From contig CM060731.1 in the NCBI GenBank assembly GCA_030704615.1, positions 5,952,001 through 6,016,000 of the forward strand: DNA of 64,000 nt. The letters are read 5' to 3'. Origin of the DNA: Takakia lepidozioides (Eukaryota; Plantae; Bryophyta). The notes below the pieces were generated by a model. The model had not been told where the DNA came from. It did not search any database and saw only the letters and a list, made by a program, of their open reading frames with translations. Below are positions 24,722 to 38,413 of this stretch, piece after piece. Made by a program: the position numbers and the translations under genes. Within the stretch, counting starts at the first letter, position 1. Every line of letters starts with the position of its first letter.

Positions 24722-26852
24722 CTAATAGCTGCTGCCTTCTCCCTCATCTTCATTTTCTTGAGGCTTGCCTCGTCTAAAATCTGCTGTATACGACTAGGTT
24801 CAGAAGACCTCCTAATGGACACCGAAGCAAGCCGGGCAACATAAGTAGGAAGGATGTAGTCCCTTTCTGGACTCGACTTAAAATCCCCCCTGGCAAAAAA
24901 AGGCATGTTCCTCCTGCCCATGAACTGCGGTGTAGACGTCCCTCCTGCAGTAATTGGCATCTTGCAGTAAGAACAAATGCACTTTAAGAATGTCAATACC
25001 AGTAGAGCCAAAAGGGTCTTTCAATGAAATAAGAGAGCAAAGGGAGGTGCCTCACAAAATCAAGAGGCAACTTACAATGCGACCACTCACTCATAAACCG
25101 GGGGCTCATTGGCCTCAATCCCAACTTGTACCTCCCCCACCTCCTTCTCGAATTCTTCCTCATCCTCCGAGGATGCCTCTTCCTCTTTCGGCAGACGTAC
25201 AGCCACTGCAAGTTCAGAGTTGTGGAGGGCAGTATCTGGCTCGAAGGCGAAGACATGCCTGTCGGACAATGTCCCTGTCCACATTGAAGCACCTGAGGGA
25301 CAAAGCGGGTGGTTAGTAGCATGCGGCATGCAATTGCAATCGGGCCAAGGGACAAAATGTGCACGTGAAGGCTTACATGTGCCGCATGTGAGGTCAAGAA
25401 TCCGCCCTTGGACATCCAAGCACGTCTCCATCAGGGTTTGGATGAAAGCAGGGCTCCGGGTCCGGCTGTACCGCCACGGTTTGCCTGTCTTTGTGTCCTT
25501 CGGCATACTGGATTGGGGCACATAGTTGTAGAGGACATCGTAGGTAAATGGGTCCACAGCGGCATCAACAAGACGACCGTCATTGCGGAATTTGAACGTA
25601 GACCCTCTCTTCACAAAACAATATGCCTCAAACACCAATGTCTGCACATCCAACAAAAGAGGGATCCACTCCAGGGTCTAGTTTAGATACACCACAATAT
25701 GAAGTGAATGCAATAGATTGATAACTTACACTCTAGCCCTCTGTTTGCAACCCCTGCGAATTGATGCAGAACCATTTTTTCAGGAGGACTGGGGTGACAC
25801 TTTTTGGTGTCTACCTTGCCACAACATTCTCTGTGGTCTTCCCTCTTGTGGCAAGGACCACCATACATCCACCGTCATCCAGGAGCATCCCCGCCAGCCC
25901 AAACCCGGCTCTCCAGTAGTCCTCCGTAAACCTGTTCCAGGTTGGCACACCATCCAGGCCCTCCAGTAGCTCCCCATCTGGAATATTGAGGAGAATCATA
26001 TCGCAGACTCTCTCCACCTCGACCCCCCCCCCCCCGAGTGCTCTTGCAATCCGTGCTCACAGCCGTGAAGAATTCCATCATGGCTTCCAAACCAGGGGTG
26101 TCTTTAGGCTCTGTAGCAGCAGCCCTCTTCTTGGCTTTCCCCTTCAGCTCGACTTGCTGTGTGCCACCTTCTTCACCCTGGCAGCCAGAGCGTCAAGAAA
26201 GCTCTCATTGACGCATTGGATGATAGTTGGGGATTCTAGCTTTGGCCTTTGCGGAAACGTCACCGCCGAATACCATCGTGTAGGCTCGCCCTCAAATGCC
26301 AACTTCTTGGCAGAGCCAGTCCCAGTCTGAACTGACTTGGGAACCCGGACGACCGGTGACTTGGTAGCAGCAGCAGCAGTCGCAGGACCTTGCACAAAGT
26401 CGTCGTTGGAGTCACTCCTTGGGGCCCCTCCTGCGCCTCCTCTGGTGCCCCGGTGGTTTTCTATTTTTTGGGGGTTACTTTACTCCCCTGTTTCCGTGTC
26501 CTTTTCATTTGTCCTTTATTCTTCTCATTCAATTTCTCCTGAATACCTGCCTGAGCAAGCTCTGCCGCTTTCCTGGACTTGGCAAGCGCTTTCGCCTCCT
26601 TTGGACCCAGCGGAGGCAGCGGAGCCCGGTTTTGTCAGGCCTCCGCATCCAGCTTCAATTGGAACTCGGATGAGTCGAGCGAGCCGGGCGGAAGGTCCAC
26701 ATACCAAGGGCAGTCGCGCAAATGCTCCAGATGCCACTCCTTCATGATAACGTCAGTGTACATGGAGTTAGCTCCAGGGTTCCTCCATGCGAGGAAGAAT
26801 GGCGGCTGGAAGGACAGATGACCTTTCTCCAACAGGGAGAACTTACAATACC
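24722..26852 (-). pseudogene. Beta-class amino-methyltransferase-like gene copy 2, preceded by the last exon of the ParB-like gene
   Basis: PPFFLAWRNPG...CPWYVDLP (homologous to 7019-7336), then SPTIIQCVNESFL, DMILLNIPDG, MLLDDGGCMVV, RTRSPAFIQTLMETCLDVQGRILDLTCGT, RHVFAFEPD. Stops and frameshifts. Confidence 0.65.
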
Positions 26853-27939
26853 TGCATTCAAAAAACACAAACAGAATCACATCCATTTTTCCAGTACAGG
26901 GTCCGAAAATGGCTAAGTCCCAGAACTGACCGGGCCCGGAACTGGAAAAATGGCGCCGAATTTCCAGACTGTGCCAGCCACCCCCGGGGCTTAGCCATCC
27001 GCCCCATGGCCGGAAACAAGAAATTCGGCGCCATTTTTCTAGGGGCTTCACAACTAATTTTCATGCGCCACATAAGGCAACTTACATCCTGGAAATGTAG
27101 GGACTACAATGGCCACGGATCTAAGAAAGGCAATGCGTATGTACCTGTACAGAAGGCGCGTTGCCGCTTTGTCGCCGTTCGGCTGGTCGACATTGCCGCA
27201 TTGCCGCCCGTAGTACAAAGGCTTCAATTTGCAACGCGGTCTGGATGTGGGGTTTCTCTCAAGAGAGCCACGCCCTTCTCCACGCGGCATAAGTCCGAGT
27301 AAAAGAAAAAATCTCCCGCAGAATGCATGCGTACATGCCTCGAATGGAACTTCATCCACCCGTCACATCAGGTGTCGAAGGCGTATCCGGGAAGCAAGCG
27401 CGGTATCCATGTGGAACGTCCGGTTCAAAACAGACGGCAGAGGACATTTAATGCGCAACTGCGCCCTTAAATGTAGGTATGGAAGTCGCCCACAGGCGCC
27501 ACCTGGCCCACCCTCCCCCCGAGACTTCATCAACAGCCCGCTGGATGGAAAAAAACTGCGCCGAATTTCCATTCAGCGGATGAAGTGGGACACACCGTGG
27601 CCCTCCCTCCGCCCGAGACGTTCTCATCCAGAAGCAGCTGGATGGAAAACCGGCGCCGAATTTCCATCTGGCAAGTAAACCGGAGCGTTGCAGGATGGAA
27701 AACCGGCGCCAAATTTCCATCTTGCAAGTAAACCGGAGCGCTGTAGGATGGAAAACGGCGCCGAATTTCCATCCTGCAAGTAAGTCGGTCCACCTCATGG
27801 ATGGAAATCCGGCACCAAATTTGTCTCTACCGGACGACATTGGTGGGCATAACGTGCCAAAAAGTGGACCGCAGGCGAAAAACTCTAAGTTGAGTGACTG
27901 ATTAGACAAAAAAACGCGAGGGTCGATACGGGCGTCTAT

Positions 27940-29065
27940 TGATGGATATTCGGCGCCGTTTTTCCATCCTGCAGATGATCTCTTTCGGCCACTCCCCCTG
28001 AGATTTCTCCATCCGTGTGGCCTTGGATAGAAATACGGCGCCGTTTTTCCATCCGAGGGATGTTCTCTGTCGTCTAGATGTCGGCCTCTCCCCCCGAGAC
28101 GACTTCATCCGACAGGCCTCGTCTAGAAATTCGGCGCCGTTTTTCCATCCGGGGGATGTTCTCTGTCGGCCAAGTGTCGGCCTCTCCCCCCGAGACGACT
28201 TCATCCGACGGGCCTCGTATGGAAATTCGGCGCCATTTTTCCATCCGTGGGATGTTCTCTGTCGGCTAGGTGTCGGCCTCTCCCCCCGAGACAACTTCAT
28301 CCGAACGGCCTCGGATGGAAATTCGGCGCCGTTTTTCCATCCGAGGGATGTTCTTTGTCGGCCAGGTGTCGGCCTCTCTCCCTGAGACGACTTCATCCGA
28401 CGGGCCTCGTATGGAAATTCGGCGCCGTTTTTCCATCCGAGGGATGTTCTTTGTCGGCCAGGTGTCGGCTTCTCCCCCTGAGATGACTTCATCGGACGGG
28501 CCTCGTATGGAAATTCGGCACCGTTTAGCCATCCGGGGGATATTCTCTGTAGGCCAGGTGTCGGCCTCTCCCCCCGAGACAACTTCATCCGAATGGCCTC
28601 ATTGGAGATTCGGCGCCGTTTTTCCATCCGAGGGATGTTCTCTGTCGGCCAGGTGTCGGCCTCTCCCCTCGAGACGACTTCATCCGACGGGCCTCGAATG
28701 GAAATTCGGCGCCGTTGTTCCATCCGGGGGATATTCTCTGTCGGCCAGGTGTCCGCCTCTCCCCCCGAGACGACTTCATCCGAACGGCCTCGGATGGAAA
28801 TTCGGCGCCGTTTTTCCATCCGATGGATATTCTCTGTCGGCCAGGTGTTCTCTGTCGGCCAGGTGTCGGCCTCTCCCCCCGAGACAACTTCATCCGAACG
28901 GCCTCGGATGGAAATTTGGCGGCGTTTTTCCATCCGAGGGATGTTCTCTGTCGACCAGGTGTCGGCCTCTCCCCCCGAGACGACTTCATCCGACGGGCCT
29001 CATATGGAAATTCGGCGTCATTTTTCCATCCGTGGGATGTTCTCTATCGGCCAGGTGTCGTCACC
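27940..29065. repeat. 96-bp tandem repeat x ~11-12, each with the near-palindrome GGATGGAAATTCGGCGCCGTTTTTCCATCC
   Basis: TCGGCGCC core at 28131, 28227, 28323, 28419, 28515, 28610, 28706, 28802, 28916, 29012. Confidence 0.95.
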
Positions 29066-30172
29066 CTCCGATTTGACGCCATGTCGAATTAAATTCTGCC
29101 CCTCATTCCTAGGTACGGCTATATTAAATGTTGCTCTTTTTCTTTGCCACTTGCCCGACCTTCGCTCGTGACCCACGCGTTTCAAACCGAGACGACAACA
29201 ACACTTGCTCGCTCCGAGCTCCTCTCACTTCAGCTTCCCTACACTCCCCCTTCCCTGCGCACCCTCTCTGCTTCCTGGTAGCCCTTTCAATAGTCGGCGA
29301 TGGCGTGCCGGGATCCCATCAACTACCCAAACAAGCTGTCGTGCGCATACATATCGCTACACAACTACATCGATGTCCAAACTACACCACACATATATGG
29401 ACAATAAAGTAGTCTGCCACAATGATAAGAGAACTAAAATCACACTGTTGACAAAAGAACATGAAATACAACACCATCACTCGTTAAACTAACACTCAGA
29501 TTCTAAGCAGTGAAGGAGCTCGGTCGTGCAGGCTCAACTCGAGAGAGATGAGCCGCACGACTGACGAGCTCGTTAAGATAAGATGGTTCAGGTGTCAAGC
29601 TAAACTTGACACCTGACTTAACACTTGAACTAAATCCAAGTGTTAAATACAAATAACTAGCTTTATTCTAATTAGTTTCACACTGTGTTTATTTAACTTG
29701 ACAGCTGTCGTGCGCATACGTATCGCTACACAACTACATCGCTGTCCAAACTACACCACACATATATGGACAATAAAGTAGTCTGCCACAATCGTCCCCC
29801 TAGCTGGTGGATAGGTCCCTCTAACTCCAGATAGCTACAAGATGTAATAGTCACAGCCGTACTAAGTCCTCTATCACTGGACGACAAAATATCCTCACAA
29901 AGTGTGCGCCATAAAGGCTGCCACGAGAAGACTTCCTCCCTCCTCAAATAACAATGAGAGTTATGATCATCTTCAAAAGATGATTGTAGTGCATAGCGAC
30001 AGCAAGACATGTAGACTTCGAACGGTGCAATGACAAATGTGCACTACCTAAAAGTTGTCACTCAGACCTCACTCCGTATAGTTGGAGGCCATATCATTGC
30101 ACAGCCGACGAATTGATGTGAATTACACATTTCAAATCATGGTCATCCACATACCACATTACATAGTTCATG

Positions 30173-33100
30173 CTACCCATGTGTTGTATCCTGCTGCAAA
30201 AGAGTATCGAACTCGTTGAAACTCATAGTGGCCTGGTGAATGAAGTTGTCACGTTTGGGATCGCAAACCATCCTCCTCAAAAATATGAAATACAAATGTT
30301 TGCAGGGTATGAATTTACCTCTCTTGCCCAAACTGATTGATAGCATATTCACAAAATCAGGACATGTGCAATTGGGGAAATTGGAAACCGTGATGTCGTA
30401 GGTCCTGTCATGAACAGCAGATGTGGAAGTGATGATTGTGAATACCTGACCATATCCTGGATCGTGTACTTCCGTGGTGCTTCCGACACGAGCTTGGAGC
30501 ATTCTTGCGGACTCCACTTTGCCAAAGTGTTCAGCGGTTGGAGGGAAACGCCGAACGAGCTTTCCATCTCGTTTGGTTGGCCACAAGTTAGGATTTGCCG
30601 GGGGGACCCGGGAGGACGCAGAAGTAGTAGCACATGCATGGAGTTGGGGTTGTCTCGCAAGGGAAAAACCTGCCTCCTCCAGCATTTCAATCTCCTGAAA
30701 GCTGAGATGTGTTCCCACCTTCACGGGCCAAACGGTTGGAGGAGATGGCTTCATCACTACGGAAGGACGCACAGTTCCATGCACACATCTGGCACAATCA
30801 TCTGCGCAGAACCAGAACTTGTGGTTCTTGGCTTCTGGTTGACCGTATGGACGCATCAAGCCCGTGAAAGTCGGAGTAGGAGTTCGGGCACCACCTCTGG
30901 ATATAGATGAAGTGCACTTCTCGAAATTAGTTGCCCTGATCGCTGTACATTTCACACGAGACCCGACACTTGTGCGTTCTATGTGCCAAACGTGGTCGGG
31001 GCATGCGGACTCAAGCACATCAAGGGGGTTGTTTCTCTCCTGCACCATTTCAGTGGCACGGTTTGATGCTGGAGCTTGCCGTCGTGTTGGAGGTTCCTCC
31101 ACAATGGAGGTTCCGGACATGGAGCTGTCATGCAGGGGAACACGAGGCTTCGAGAAGTTATCACGGTCTGCCCTGTGGGAATCTGAATCCAAACCAGGTG
31201 GAGTGTTCAATTTCCTCTTACAGGAGCCGAATCTCTCCTCCCCTTCAAGATGTGGAACTCTAGAAACAAGTGGCGTTCCCTGGGCATACATGCTCACCGC
31301 CCGTGCTATCTTGATTGGATCCCCAGATCTGTTTGCAGCACGCAACATCAACTCCCATTTGTCCGGACCCTTGCCGCCAACCCCACCTCGTAAGAAATCA
31401 CGGTATCGGGTTTGTTGTTGCAAGGCACGTATCAAATCATCTGTTGTTGCCACATACAAATCCCGACCTCGTTTCCCAGACTGCTGCAACCATGCATTGT
31501 GCACAGTTTTTGCCAAATTGCAAGATGGCATGTCCGCCATTTCCTCAATGGACATGTTCTGCAAAGAGGATAACCACACTTCAGAATAGTGCACAGGAAA
31601 CAACATAAAGAAAGCAATGAGTCAAAAATATGGAAAGCAAATGTATGAATAAAGCATGAAATAGAAGCCTCGTACCATTGTCATGGCTGCTCCCCACTGT
31701 CTATACCGGAAGTGCCAAAACGCCAGCCAATCTTCCAATGCTCACATACTCTCAAGTGATGCAGCTCCAGAAGAGAACCACCAGGCACGAATTGTCTGGA
31801 ACAAAGTGTCCGCCTCCTTCATTGTTCTAGCATCATTGTACTCTTTGCACAATTTACGGTGTTGAGTCTGCATCTCTGGTTTGATGTCCGACTTTGTATG
31901 TTTTTCCAGAGATTGTGTCCAATGGAATAGACATGTACGCTCTCTTCCTGGCATAGGCTGAAAAGAAAAACTTTGATGGCACCTTGACCTGGGAATACAT
32001 TGTCCTGGATGTAATCGTACTTGCTCACTCGTTTCAATTCCAAAATATTGTCTATGTAGCCTTTGATCCAAGAGCCCATTCTCAATGCATTGATCTGATG
32101 CCGAATGTTAGGTGAATTTAAAGTGGAGAAATGATCCATGACCAGGTCCAATGCTGCACCGTCAAGTTTAGTCCCCACAGAATCTCCTTCACTCAAAATA
32201 TGGCTTTCCAAGAAGGACTTGCTTGCGCCAAGAGCAATTGCAGATGTTGTTGCGGATGGGTTTCTCCCGAACTCCTGTTTGATCAACCTCGATACTGTCT
32301 CAACACTCTCCCTGTAATCCCCCTTCGAGACAGGATGGTTATGGAATCCAAAATGCACACAAGCTCTTGTCATTGTATTCAAACGGTGGACAACATAGTA
32401 CATTCTTGCTCCGCAGAGCGCCAAGCAGGATGGCACAAGTTTGCAGAATTTGCAAACGAAAGTGTTTGCCGGTGGAGGGGCAGTCCCAGGCTGAAATGGA
32501 TTTTCCGCCAGACCCTCCCATTCGCTTTGATTATGAACCCCAGACTGAAGAAAGTGTCTGCAATTCAAATTATCACACCTAAGGTGTCCATTGCAAACTG
32601 TCCTCCTGAAAACAAGCTTGTCATCATTCTGAATATTGGATGTTTTTGTTCTGCACCACGGGTGCCCGTCGTGTTTCTTGTCCATTCCATGCATCATGAT
32701 TGTTACACCTCCAACTCGCGGAGGAGGAGGCAGCTCGAATAGGATATCGCCATCAAAAGTCTCCGGCAAGAACTTCACAGGCACCTGCTTCAAAGATTCC
32801 CAATCAATTCCCCGCAACTCACTTTTGAATCCAGCCATTCCTCCCATCGCCCGCAATTTTGGAATGACACTACAAATCTCTTCTTCATCAGCTTCTGCAA
32901 CCACAGTAGGAAGGACTGGTTTTGGAATTTCACTTATGTCATCATCGGAAGAATCCGAAAGCTCAACGATTGGAGTGGAGGAAGTCTGTTCTTTTTTCAC
33001 CACCACCTCCCTCTTGTCTTCAACGACCGAAGCAGCACTCCCGGGCGTCACATATGACCCAAGGGACTTTCGCCGAGGCTCTCCAAGTACTCTGTATCGA

Positions 33101-33339
33101 CCAGGACGCACTCTCCACTGACTGATATGAGCCGTCTCATCACGGTTTTGGAAAGAATATTTCACCAACTTCCCTTTCAGATCGTAAACCTCTTTCTCCA
33201 AAAAGATGGACCCATTCTGCAGCTGAAAACGGGTAGCCAAGACATGTTCCAGAACAATTGCAAATCCATTGTCAAGGACTTCCTGGGAGAACGGCACTGG
33301 TTTGTCGTCTGAGAAGAACTCCGCTTCAGAGGAAGCCAT
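30173..33339 (-). pseudogene. GCM-DDE-SWIM Mutator-like transposase, copy 3 (central DDE part deleted)
   Basis: KKHDGHPW, CNGHLRC, CKFC, CVHFGFHNHP; ERTCLFHW; CNLAKTVHNAW; CTCPDF...PCKHLY. The segment with the first two catalytic Asp is missing near 31960. Confidence 0.8.
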
Positions 33340-34193
33340 CTTCCTTCCTCGAGTATGTTTGTACCTTGCTATCGCAGATCTAGTGTAAATCGGTTTACTG
33401 CTGTCTCCAGAACACAGTTGAAGAATGAGCAGAGAATATGGCGGAGGAAGCTCAGATAACGACTGTGCATATTCTGTTATTCATTCCAGATATGCAGCCG
33501 TCCATTTTAATTACTTTTCTTGTGGGCCCAGTGGTCAGAGTATCCCTAGGGGCAGTGTCGGCAACTGTTAAACCGTTAATCAGAACCTCATCAATAAACC
33601 CAATAACAAAGCCGACTTCCTGGAAGCATGCCACAGGATCTGAGAATGGGATTGCAAATTAAGTAAATGTATCTATATACTACTACCAATGATCATGCGC
33701 ACTTGGAAAGTTCCAAATGTGAAACGAATGTGGGGTTTGGCTAACAAGGATGACCGTGTATGATATTCCAAAATTTGTCATCAAACTCTCGTTCATTTAT
33801 ATTTATTTGTTTAAGACTGCGCATCAATTTCTGGGATTCGCTGTTCTTTTTAAATATTGAACCCGTTATAATAAAGAACACGCCGTTTTTTTTGGGCGGC
33901 ACACGTCAGACATCCATAACTGAATACGAACAGTTGTACACCAATTGCTGGCATGTGCACTAATAAGGAAACGACTATGTGTAACGGTCACGCGGGAGGG
34001 AATTCGATGCTTCTAGAGACACGCAAGAACGCAGGCAATCCCGCAAGGAATCGGGAGTCACTGCGTTTTTCTACTTTTCGCGCTTAGAGGGAGAGTGGTA
34101 GTCAAGCTGGAGAGGGTTCCTTCTAGAATACGAAAGAGAAGAAAGTCTCTTTATTTTACTTCACTTAGAGAGAGACGCAGAGCAAGAGAGAAA

Positions 34194-36680
34194 ATGACGA
34201 GGCGTCGTTTGTTGGAGAACACAGGGCCAGGCAGCAGGTGAACGCGGAGACTGATTCACAAGAGCAGACGGAGACTGAGGCAGCGGCTGCGACACAGTCG
34301 GCGATAAGAGTGCGCCAGCCTGTGGAGGCAGAGATGATTCGCAGGGACACTGAAGAAGGTGGAAGCACACGGAACGCCGAACCTGGAGAAGGTCAAGAAA
34401 CCCTTGCGCAGACAGAAACTCCAGCAGATGTGAGAGGGAAGAGGAAAGCTGCAGAAGGGGATCAAATTTCAAAACCTAAGAAGGTGCCAGTAAGTTTTAT
34501 CATATAGTCTGTCTGATTGCCTTTCAAGGAGTCCTTCATCTTCCATTCTTTAGCAGGAACTACTGAATCGCGAGCGTCGTTAACGCCATTCGATTCTCCT
34601 CATGAGATTTATGTACCTATGTGTTTGAAGAGAGAGTCTGCACTTACTATTCTCCCTAAACTACACTGAATGTCGTTGCCGCCAATAAGTTGCACATGTA
34701 TGTCATTACACAACACCGATCCGGCAGGTCGTTATGTTTTGTGATTGTCGTTAACGCCGTTCGCTATCGCTCTCGCTTTTGTTTTGAATACGGTAGTCTC
34801 GGCTTTGCATGTGTAGATTGTGCTGAATTCTTTCACACCATTCATGGTGAGTTTCCTTGATACAGAGTGATGGTCGTTACCGCCATTCACTATTTGCAAA
34901 TCACTCAGTCAGAACTGAATGGCATCGTGCAGAAAACTGTGAGGTCGAAGCCTACAGGATCAGAGGGGAAAGGATCTGGAGATGGGGACGAGTCCGCAAA
35001 AAAGCTCAGAGAATACAGATGAAGCAGATGAATCCGAAGTGCACTACCTTGACAAGGTGAAAGAACTCATGTCATTCCAGAAGGTAAACTCTCAGGAGGT
35101 TATAAGGGACATGCTCGTATCTGGAGGGCGTCTGGACATACCTCTGTGCCGGATGATATCAATGCCTGTTGTGCGTCCACCTCTTTCCCATGACATAACA
35201 AAATTGGAGAGTGATTTTGTGCATGGATATAGACTTGGTGCACAAGTTTTTATGTGTCACTGACGGATATAAATGGGAAAAGCACATTAGTGTCTCCAGA
35301 GATCAGTGATAACTGGGATGAGTGCTGGAAAGATGCCAATGAGGAGTTCGAGCTGGGCCTCATGATGGGAAAGAACACCCAGCAATTCTGCAACCACATG
35401 TTCTACGTCTGGGACGGCAACCACCGATTGCTGGCATGGATGGGATACATTCAGAAACACCATTCGAAAGACAAAGACAAGCATGTTGTTGTGGAGGCAA
35501 TGGTTTTGGATCCAGGAAACGACATCGCTAGGCTTCTTACAGCTATGCACGACGTGAACAAGTAAGTCATCCAGGAGATTTCATTCCCTCTGTAGTGTCT
35601 TGTTAATCCTCAAAAAACAGTGTTAAGGAATGCAATGTTTCCAATGTTTTGCAGATCGACAGAGAAATCGCATGTGACAACAAGCTTGGTTCACACACTA
35701 TTCCGAATTCAGAGGATTGGTCTGATGAAGCTGGATGATTTTCGGACAGTACTACCACCCAATATCATCAAGAAGTGCGAAACAAGAAGAGCTGCAGGCA
35801 CTTGGTATTCTTTGACACGAGAGGCATTTCTGGAGTACATGTATGCGGTAAGCCCGAGTCTGTAATCTGTTTACTTTTTGAATACATGTTTGTAGTCCCT
35901 TCGGAGCTAATCACTACTTGAATGAATGCAGCAAGAACTGGCAGAGGCGGCTGAGAAGGGGAAATCCGAATATTACCGCACTACACCAGAAGAACTAAGG
36001 ACATCAAAGGGTGTGGAAGCTGCAATAAAGAAGGAGTTTGAAATGCGAAGAACCAAATTGATGTCAGCCTTCGGAAAGCAGCTTAGAATAGTAGATCCTG
36101 GACTTGGTCCTGAGTTCCTTCAGCAGATCAAAACACACTATGACAAGCATGTGCATCCGGAGATGCAGCAGGAGAAATTGCACCGGCTGGCCATATCGAT
36201 GGTCGACCCACAAACAAAAATAAGGTGGCTGGAGATATGGAACTCAGATCAAACAGTAAAGGACTTGAATCAGTTCCCAAAGAGCACCATACAGCCTGAC
36301 ACAAAGGTGGAAGGAATCAGTGATTTGGTCTTTGATAACTGGCTCCACAAGGCTACATTTTGGAGTCAGGTGTGTATTCGAACATGTTGTTTCTTCTCTT
36401 CAAGTATGTGATGTGTATCTTTTTGCAATTCTGACAAATATACTATTTGCAGCTCGAAAAGCGCGCCGTCATTGTGCTGGATCAGACTTTGAAGGACCTG
36501 AACATTGCGATTGTTTCCCCTCCCCAAATGTCATTGGAGGCATACATAAGGAAGTGGAGAGGTCTCACGTGGAGATACTGTTTTTTCCGGGAGTTCTCCA
36601 AAGATGGTAAAATTTTACGGTCCAACGACTTTGACAGTCAGGTTGGAGGAGAGTGGGCCATGATGCGAGTTGTGTACAGG
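34194..36680 (+). pseudogene. Multi-exon ParB/Srx-fold gene, copy 3, truncated by the LTR insertion at 36965
   Basis: IPLCRMISMPVVR, FYVWDGNHRLLAW, LLTAMHDVN, IVDPGLGPEFL. Intron positions match copy 1. Frameshift ~35250. Confidence 0.75.
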
Positions 36681-36964
36681 TGCAATGTCATACTTGAAAC
36701 TCTACTGTTTTTTTGGGAAAAAATGTGGCTTCATATGGATTGCAATCTTAGATCCAGATTGAATGTCGTTGACGACATTCACTTCTTTGTCTAAGTCATT
36801 CTTAAGCGAGTATATGAATTCACCTGGTTAGGATCTAAGGATGCAATTATATTGTCCCTGATTAGAATTGATAATGTCCTTGAATGGCGTTGACGACATT
36901 CACATACGGAGTTGTTGAGAGGTCCTCAGAGTTATTTAAATTTTTGTAATGTCCATAGAGGTTA

Positions 36965-37585
36965 TGTCGCGCGGCTTTTACTCACCCATCCCTTCGCTAT
37001 CCGAGGCGGAAACTCCAAGATAGAAGAGTTGGAAATCTCTAAGTACTCAGCCCGCGCAGAACAATCAGTCATGACCTACAGCTAGTGTATCATGGGGGTG
37101 TTTCCTATTTGTTTCCTTTTCCGCATTCATCTTAGCTACCTTACCATTGATAATTAAGTATCAGTTTGCTTCATCAATTTATCGGTTTCCTTAACTCCTC
37201 CATTCAATCCACAGCTTCACTCAGATCTCTCTACACAGTGTGATTGTATCGTATAAGTATCAGATTATGATTTATCAGGTATCAGGCCGAAGCCATTGTG
37301 TCTCTATTCTCCTCTACAATATCCCTACAGCTTTGCATATAACAAGCATCTACTAATCCTCTTTCCTCCTTCATCGTGCTCACCGACTTCCGCTCCCCCT
37401 GACTCCGAATAATAATAATAATCATCATCCCCTTCATCATTCCCCGTTCTTCCCTTTATCCTCCTATCCGCGGTTCTAACCGTTTCCCTCTCTAACCGTC
37501 GTATGTGAATTAACATGTTCCCTTCACAGGTGTTGTTCCCCACAGTCGTTCCCTGTCCTACTCTTCGTTCCCTATTATCGTGACA
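36965..37585. mobile_element. LTR-like segment (TGTC...GACA)
   Basis: Inverted TGTC/GACA termini and abrupt interruption of the ParB-gene intron. No TSD found. Confidence 0.4.
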
Positions 37586-37599
37586 GCTGTGTCAAGCGG

Positions 37600-37890
37600 T
37601 GACTGGCTGTGTTTGGCTGTGTCGGGCTGTGACTGGCTGTGTGGCTGTGCCGGGCTGTGACTGGCTGTGTGGGCTGTGTGGGCTGTGACGACTGTGACGG
37701 GCTGTGTGGGGCTGTGTGGGCTGTGACGACTGTGACGGCTGTGTGGGCTGTGTGTGACGACTGTGACGGGCTGTGTTGGCTGTGTCGGCTGTGTCGGCTG
37801 TGTGGGCTGTGACGACTGTGACGGGCTGTGTTGGGTGTGTGGGCTGTGACGGCTGTGTGGGCTGTGACTGCTGTGTCGGCTGTGTGGGCT
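37600..37890. repeat. Degenerate (GGCTGT/GACTGT)n simple repeat
   Basis: Visible low-complexity array. Confidence 0.9.
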
Positions 37891-38413
37891 ATGTAACCCC
37901 CCTCTACAGTGCGCTGCTGTCACCCCTAAGGTTCCTGTTTGTCTCAGTCTGTGCAAAAATTAAGGGTACCCTACAGATCCCGTATAAGTGTCTAAGTCCC
38001 CTACCGTCCTCTAACATTTACCCCTTCCTCCCTCAAAAAGCCGTGTCCTCACGGTTTACTGTTTCTGAGTAGCAACCCTTTGTGAGTGAGCACCCTTGTT
38101 GACGTTGGAGTTTCGTGGCGGGCTGTGTGTACGAGCCCGAGGTCTGTCTCTGGTGATGGAGATGGTTGATCACTACCTGGATAAGTGAGGCCTTCTGGAG
38201 GCTGATATCGAGGTAATCTATCCGGCATAGGAGATCCCCTTTGTTTCTTCTCTTCCATCTGAATTGCATAGTCTTCTCCCATGTCAAAAGAATTTGTGAA
38301 GAAACAGTTGTATCAGAATCCTCATCGCCTCTCAGGTGTTTTAATTTTCGAACTTTTTGTGGGAATCATCTGGGGCATACAATGCTGTCCTACCATGTCT
38401 GGAAGTTTGCATT

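Noticed and set aside
27902-29171. Long repetitive ORFs on both strands, and a CRISPR-like look
   Set aside because: By-products of a 96-bp (32-codon) tandem repeat. Units are near-identical with no unique spacers, and no cas genes are present.
37575-37600. GACA-GC-TGT after the LTR-like segment, resembling the permuted-LTR palindrome
   Set aside because: The following sequence does not repeat the 36965 terminus, so no B-A-B structure can be shown.
37558-38072. His/Ser/Pro- or Cys/Val/Gly-rich ORFs
   Set aside because: Translations of a simple GGCTGT repeat.
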